Assembly: GCA_963931495.1 (NCBI GenBank)
Contig: OZ007020.1
Location: 363,338-427,337, forward strand
Length of the DNA: 64,000 bases
Direction of reading: 5' to 3'
From: an uncultured Alphaproteobacteria bacterium
Lineage (GTDB): Bacteria > Pseudomonadota > Alphaproteobacteria > Rs-D84
In this document: positions 59,021 to 64,000 of the stretch, one piece after another
How positions within the stretch are numbered: the first letter of the stretch is position 1
How the letters are laid out: each line of letters begins with the position of its first letter
Notes under the pieces: model-generated
Seen by the model: only the letters and a program-made list of their open reading frames with translations
Databases searched by the model: none
What the model was told of the DNA's origin: nothing
Translations under genes and position numbers: made by a program

Positions 59021-60019
59021 TTATTTTATTTCATCAATTGATGTTATGACGCGTATGCCAGATTTTTCCCATTCTTGGCGGTGTGTTTCAAAATCCATTA
59101 TATTCGTTTGGCCCATGTATAATATTGGTTGCACGTTGTTTGCCGCGGCAACTGTGACCAGTGTTTTAATTGGTGATGGGCGTTGGCCACCGGTTGTGAA
59201 CCATGTTTCTTCATCGGCAACCCAGAAGTTTGCATCGTCGTGTACGGCAATGGCGTTTTTATCGGTTAATATTATGTCGTCTTGGGTTGTGTATGCAATG
59301 CCTTGTTCGGTCAGATATTTTGTTACACTGTTTTCATTGTTATTGTCATTGATGATGGGGATGGGGGTGTCATCAAAATTTATTTCCGAGAATACTGGGT
59401 TAAATTCCGGCATCATTGTATCAACGTCGTTGTCTGATTCCATTGGAACATCAAAATCGTTTGGCAATGGTATTTGCCCCACAGGCTGTAATTCGGGTGC
59501 CGTGGGTTGTGCCGGGGGCGCGGATGTAATGTTACTGATATCAAATCCAGAACGGGGCAAGGCCGCAAGGTTGTTTTTTGCACGCGTATACATTGTGCGC
59601 ATTTCGTGTGGCATGTTTGGTGGAAATTCTGGCGCATGATTTTGTTCTGGAATTTTTTCCGTCGGCGCCGGTGTATCATTGTTTTTGTCTGTTTGGGGCG
59701 CGTCACATGGAACAGGTTCCATAAACTTTGGTATTTTTATCGTAAACAGTGGTGCGTTACGGCGCGCAATTATTACAGTTGTTGCAACATATAATGGCAG
59801 TGCTGATAATATTAACAAACCAAATACAAATCCAGGAAATCCATGCAGTTCTGAACGCGCCAAGTGAATCCAGTATTCGGTGGAAAACATATTGAAATTA
59901 AACATCCAATATAAAATTGCCCACATTGTGAAAATATAAAATACTGTCCATATTAATGGATGCTTGATGCGTTTGAAAAAATTCAGTACTTTATTCATAT
60001 GTATATAAAGTATAGACAA
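59021..60019 (-). CDS. Membrane-anchored protein with a Pro-rich linker and a C-terminal globular domain; function unknown
   Basis: Two N-terminal TM helices (IWTVFYIFTMWAILYWMF; FVFGLLILSALPLYVATTVII). Pro-rich PAPTEKIPEQNHAPEFPPNMP. Possible start at 59998. Confidence 0.4.
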   Translation of the reverse strand: MSILYIHMNKVLNFFKRIKHPLIWTVFYIFTMWAILYWMFNFNMFSTEYWIHLARSELHGFPGFVFGLLILSALPLYVATTVIIARRNAPLFTIKIPKFMEPVPCDAPQTDKNNDTPAPTEKIPEQNHAPEFPPNMPHEMRTMYTRAKNNLAALPRSGFDISNITSAPPAQPTAPELQPVGQIPLPNDFDVPMESDNDVDTMMPEFNPVFSEINFDDTPIPIINDNNNENSVTKYLTEQGIAYTTQDDIILTDKNAIAVHDDANFWVADEETWFTTGGQRPSPIKTLVTVAAANNVQPILYMGQTNIMDFETHRQEWEKSGIRVITSIDEIK

Positions 60020-60145
60020 TAATATAGATTTGTCAATGTTTGTATGATTTTATGTTGTTGGGTTTTGAAAAAGTGCTTTTTTTTGTCGCGTTTTTAGGAT
60101 ATAATCTGTTAATAAGAGTGTCTTATAACAAGGGGGAGTTTTCCT

Positions 60146-62167
60146 ATGCAAAATTTGCTGAAAATGTTTGGCGTATCCGTTGTTGGTTTGGGAATCTGTG
60201 CGTTCGTTGGGGGCGCGTATGCGGTGGATACCAGTGCTGGGCGTGCGGCATATAATACGGTGCAATCTGCGCGGGCCGGTGCCACATCCCAGGCGCGTAT
60301 GCCGACAATGCCGTCTTTGCCAATTAATGCGGTTGGAAATTTGTCCCCGAATGTGTCGGTGGATAATGGGAATAATAATGATGATGGCGGTGGAAATGAT
60401 GGTAACCCGGATATTCCCCCAGAACCAGAATGCCCAGATGGCGGGGTTAAAAATTCTGAATATACAGTGGATGATTGTATGAATGATATTCTGGCATGCA
60501 TAAACAATGGGGCATTGCCGGGTGGGTTGAACGACATGTTTAACGAAGATCTGCGTAACGCGATTGTTAATGGAATGGGACTGTGTGCAACCCAGGTTGA
60601 CAGATGTATTACAGATGTGCGGCGCGATTGTGAAAATGTATATCGTTCGTCGGCAGATGTCTGGATTGATTTTAATTCGCGCAAGGTGCAACCGGAATAC
60701 TATAACTTTGTATTGCGCAAAACGGGCTTGACCCCGAACCAGGCGGAAAATACATGCGAATTGTTGGACAGAAATGTTTATGGTTCTTCGTTTAATGCGG
60801 TGTCAAATTCGGGTACTGTTACCGCAGAATATAATAACCGGGTTGGCGCGTATAACAGCCAAAATGGAAATGTGTTGGTTAAAACAACACCCCAAGGCGT
60901 CCAGGTTAACAGTAATGACAATTCCGTAGATGGCCAACGTGGGCACTATGCACGATGGGATCCGACAACTGCAGAATGCTGGTTGCGGGTGGCGGCCTAT
61001 AACAAGGATACACATATTAAAAACAGTTGGCTGTTCGGTGCCGCTGGGAATGACCAGCCCGCCGAAGTGTGGCGTCTGGCCGGGGATACGTTTACGTGCA
61101 ATCGCGATCTGTTCGGATTTTCTTTGATGAATCAAACAAATACCGCGGCCGTTGTTGGTATCGGTGGTGGTACACTGTTGGGTGTCGGGGTTGGTGCAAT
61201 TGCCGGACATGGTGAACGTGCGTTTAACTGTGATATCAAAAATCATCGCGATATGTTGATGTCGGCGTTAAAGCAAAATGATTCTGTGGGCAAGGTGAAT
61301 AAATATCTGGGGGCCGGTGTTCAATTGTCTGTGATTGATGACACTATGACACGCGAACAATGTGCGGCGGTTGTTACCCTGTATGATAACGCGGTCAGTA
61401 ATTCGTTGTTGGTGACAACGGATATATCTGGGACAATGACGTTGGATATCCAGGCGGTTTGTGCCGCTGGCCAGGCAGAGGCTGATTGCATCAACGCCAA
61501 TGCACGTGGGTGTGCCGATGCGGGTATAACCACAATTGCGGCGTGCCAAGATTTCTTGTCAGGGCAATCTTGTGTCAATATGTCGCCGGATGAATGTATT
61601 GATTACTTGGTGAATGATTTGGGTGTGAACAGAAATGCGATTACGGTTGAAAGCGTGTCGGAAACAACGATGGTCACAACCCAAGAAGCCAGCGATATTC
61701 GTGCAATATTTACCAGCGATGTAATTGATTTAATGCAAAATGGCGATGATTCTAATATGGGCAAGGCAATTGGTATTGGCGCCGCGGCCGGTGCCGGTGC
61801 CGGTGGATTGGCCACAGCGATAACGGCATTTGTTGAACGCAGTAATATTAATTGCCGCGTTGGTGATGGTCTGGCCCAGGTCGGATATGGTAAATCGTAT
61901 GCGATTGAATCGTTAAAAGATTTCTATGTTAAGTGGAATTTGAATTTACCGGATACTGTATCGCCGACGGCCACGGTTGTGGACTGTGATTCATGGCGGC
62001 GTGCATGTGGCACAATCAAAGATTTGAATCAATGTCCACATGTTCAGATTAATTATCGGCCGGCCGGGGCGGCGACAACAACACTGATACCATCGGCATG
62101 TGCCGTATCGGGCAGTGAATGTATTGAAAACTATCCGGTGGCAAAATCGTTTGGTGCATGTAAGTAA
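60146..62167 (+). CDS. Secreted cysteine-rich protein (673 aa), function unknown
   Basis: Signal peptide MQNLLKMFGVSVVGLGICAFVGGAYA. Gly/Asn/Asp-rich linker. Many paired Cys residues. Gly-rich hydrophobic patches. Confidence 0.5.
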   Translation: MQNLLKMFGVSVVGLGICAFVGGAYAVDTSAGRAAYNTVQSARAGATSQARMPTMPSLPINAVGNLSPNVSVDNGNNNDDGGGNDGNPDIPPEPECPDGGVKNSEYTVDDCMNDILACINNGALPGGLNDMFNEDLRNAIVNGMGLCATQVDRCITDVRRDCENVYRSSADVWIDFNSRKVQPEYYNFVLRKTGLTPNQAENTCELLDRNVYGSSFNAVSNSGTVTAEYNNRVGAYNSQNGNVLVKTTPQGVQVNSNDNSVDGQRGHYARWDPTTAECWLRVAAYNKDTHIKNSWLFGAAGNDQPAEVWRLAGDTFTCNRDLFGFSLMNQTNTAAVVGIGGGTLLGVGVGAIAGHGERAFNCDIKNHRDMLMSALKQNDSVGKVNKYLGAGVQLSVIDDTMTREQCAAVVTLYDNAVSNSLLVTTDISGTMTLDIQAVCAAGQAEADCINANARGCADAGITTIAACQDFLSGQSCVNMSPDECIDYLVNDLGVNRNAITVESVSETTMVTTQEASDIRAIFTSDVIDLMQNGDDSNMGKAIGIGAAAGAGAGGLATAITAFVERSNINCRVGDGLAQVGYGKSYAIESLKDFYVKWNLNLPDTVSPTATVVDCDSWRRACGTIKDLNQCPHVQINYRPAGAATTTLIPSACAVSGSECIENYPVAKSFGACK

Positions 62168-62196
62168 AAAAATCCGCCGCATGGCGGATTTTTTCA
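62165..62196 (+). terminator. Rho-independent terminator
   Basis: aaaaaaatccgccgcatggcggatttttt. Confidence 0.6.
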
Positions 62197-62613
62197 TCTG
62201 TAAATATGGGTGTCATCCGTGGGGCGACGGGGCGCGGAAAGTGGCGTCTATAAATAAATATCAATTCATGTAATACGTCGTTTGGGCGTTTATTTCGTTA
62301 TTTGGACAGATTGTTTGATTTGCTGGAATAGTATTTGTGCAACAGAGTGTATCGCCACTGGTGCGTTTCCATTGATGGGCAATGTTTATATCTGATACTT
62401 GTGTGATGGTGAATGGTTGGTGCGGTTGTGGATAATATGGCATTAAACAGATATGCGTTATTCTGTTAATTTTTGTTTATAAGTATGTGTTGATAAGCCA
62501 ATTGTTATTGCAAACCACAAACCGCGGTACAGATTTGGTAAATACAGGGAATAAACAAATACAGAAATTGCCACTATACCCGGGTGTAAAAGTCGGTGTG
62601 CTTATTGATTTTT

Positions 62614-64000
62614 TTATACTTGGCAAACTGTGTTACTGTATTGTATTTCAATATTGCGGCAATCTGGTTGGTCACCGATGTCGGGGCATGCCGACGAACC
62701 CGCGCCAATTGATGTGATATTATTTGGATTTAATCCGGATTCTATCAGTACGTCACGCACAGCATCGGCGCGTTGTTGGGACAGTGGTGTATTGATCGCA
62801 TCGTTACCTGTTTTGTCTGTATTTCCAATAACGCTGATGCAATAATTTGCATTTGTGCCGGACGTTTGTTTTACATCTGTGGCGAAATCTTTTATTATTT
62901 TTTCTGCATCGGTGGTCAAGCGACTTTCGTTCACAGCAAACAACTGTGGTGCCGGTATTTGCAGTCTGTCAATTGGTAACGTGGGATTTTTAACGCACTG
63001 TCCGGCCAGATTTATTATATGATTCGGACTGGGGCATGCACATGCCGTTATGTATTCTGGGTTATCTGGTGAATATTGCGGTATAAAACCATTGTCACAT
63101 GTACATGAACAATCAGTTGTATCAAAGCGAATGTTTGCCGCCGTGATATCACATTCGTATTCTTGGCATGTTGCAATTGGCGCAATACACACGTCGTTAT
63201 CCATTTCTGTGGTTCCAGCAGGACATTGGCATGTGTTGTTTACAGAAATCTTGTCGCCTGGACATATGTCACATGTATTCGTATTTTTGTTATATGCAGA
63301 TTTTGTGTCAGAACATACACAATTTGGATATGTTCCGGTTGCATTGGATGGACATTGTGCATCTGCGTCTTGGTCGGGCAAGATTGCAACCGCGTTTTCC
63401 AGTGATTTTAATGGTTCATACTTTGCGATGATGTCATCAGTTAAATTCTGGGGTGATTTTTTGTTTTCATTTATCGCAATATTGCCAATTATACTGGCCA
63501 ATGTACCAACCCCAGCCGTTATTAAACCTGTTTGTAATTGTTCCGATGTCGCAGATTGTTGCGCCGCCCATGCCGCCGCCGCAGGTCCAGTCGGATCAGA
63601 TAACGCCGCCGCCAATGATACATATACACCATCACCGCGACCCAACGATACATTGTCGTATAACCCAGATGTCGCACTGTCTTGTATTATCTCGGATTCT
63701 ATGCCAGGACTTAATCCCAATGCTTCTTTACGCGTCTTTAAGTCTGATGCCAATGTTATATATTCTGTATACAGTGGTAATAACTGGTTCCCCCCAGGTA
63801 ACGTTATGCCCGTTTCACCACCACTGATGTTGCGACCAGAACCATAGTCACACCGGAATGTTGCCAGGTATGCCGTCATATCGCGTGTCGCATCATTTGA
63901 TGCATTCTGTTGCGCCAACGCAGATGCTGTTTGCATTAATCCAATACCTGTTGCACCAATGCCGGCAGCCCCCAGTATCTTGTTCGCTGTTGATTGTTCT
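62614..64000 (-). CDS. Cys-rich-repeat protein with a C-terminal OmpA-like peptidoglycan-binding domain; the 5' end runs off the window
   Basis: C-terminal FAVNESRLTTDAEKIIKDFA...VIGNTDKTGNDAINTPLSQQRADAVRDVLIESG matches the OmpA_C pattern. Upstream Cys modules (CPSNATGTYPNCVCSD..CDICPGD..CQCPAGT). The frame stays open upstream of the Met at 63936 to the window end. Confidence 0.5.
   Translation of the reverse strand, partial: EQSTANKILGAAGIGATGIGLMQTASALAQQNASNDATRDMTAYLATFRCDYGSGRNISGGETGITLPGGNQLLPLYTEYITLASDLKTRKEALGLSPGIESEIIQDSATSGLYDNVSLGRGDGVYVSLAAALSDPTGPAAAAWAAQQSATSEQLQTGLITAGVGTLASIIGNIAINENKKSPQNLTDDIIAKYEPLKSLENAVAILPDQDADAQCPSNATGTYPNCVCSDTKSAYNKNTNTCDICPGDKISVNNTCQCPAGTTEMDNDVCIAPIATCQEYECDITAANIRFDTTDCSCTCDNGFIPQYSPDNPEYITACACPSPNHIINLAGQCVKNPTLPIDRLQIPAPQLFAVNESRLTTDAEKIIKDFATDVKQTSGTNANYCISVIGNTDKTGNDAINTPLSQQRADAVRDVLIESGLNPNNITSIGAGSSACPDIGDQPDCRNIEIQYSNTVCQV

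Overview
The window reads as a low-GC (~40%) Gram-negative chromosome with alphaproteobacteria-like housekeeping genes. The core, at about 32.1-51.9 kb, is a complete str-S10-spc-alpha ribosomal superoperon. It runs rpsL-rpsG-fusA-tuf-rpsJ...rplO-secY-rpsM-rpsK-(antisense insert)-rpoA-rplQ. There is no adk, infA or rpmJ after secY, and an unannotated 59-aa rpmD is present. Other recognisable core genes are a partial class II aldolase, tolB with an SNase-like nuclease in place of pal, plsC, ftsEX, rbfA, lepA, acpP-fabF, an acyl-CoA synthetase, tRNA-Pro(CGG) and mltG. Around and between these lie accessory regions dominated by secreted and surface proteins. (1) A tandem array of four signal-peptide-bearing proteins, three of which carry phage-tail-fibre-like or collagen-like repeats (11.2-16.7 kb). 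(2) A dispersed family of cysteine-rich secreted proteins carrying ephrin-receptor/TNFR-like CxxCPxGxYC repeats, plus one decayed fragment. (3) A post-lepA islet of three small Cys-containing paralogs, a second ACP-like carrier protein and a probably degenerate P4-type integrase. (4) Two tandem ~958-aa Cys-rich secreted paralogs sharing perfectly identical tracts that suggest gene conversion, followed by more Cys-rich and OmpA-C-domain proteins. (5) Several small beta-barrel OMP paralogs, one frameshifted in a T-tract. (6) A VirB2/TrbC-like pilin candidate. (7) An orphan BrnA-like antitoxin. (8) Recurring non-coding elements: CTCCAACC...GGTTGGAG palindromic units that end in intrinsic terminators, and a family of near-identical AAAATCCCGCC...GGCGGGATTTT terminators. 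All calls are from by-eye motif recognition of the translated ORFs and the raw sequence. No database search was possible.
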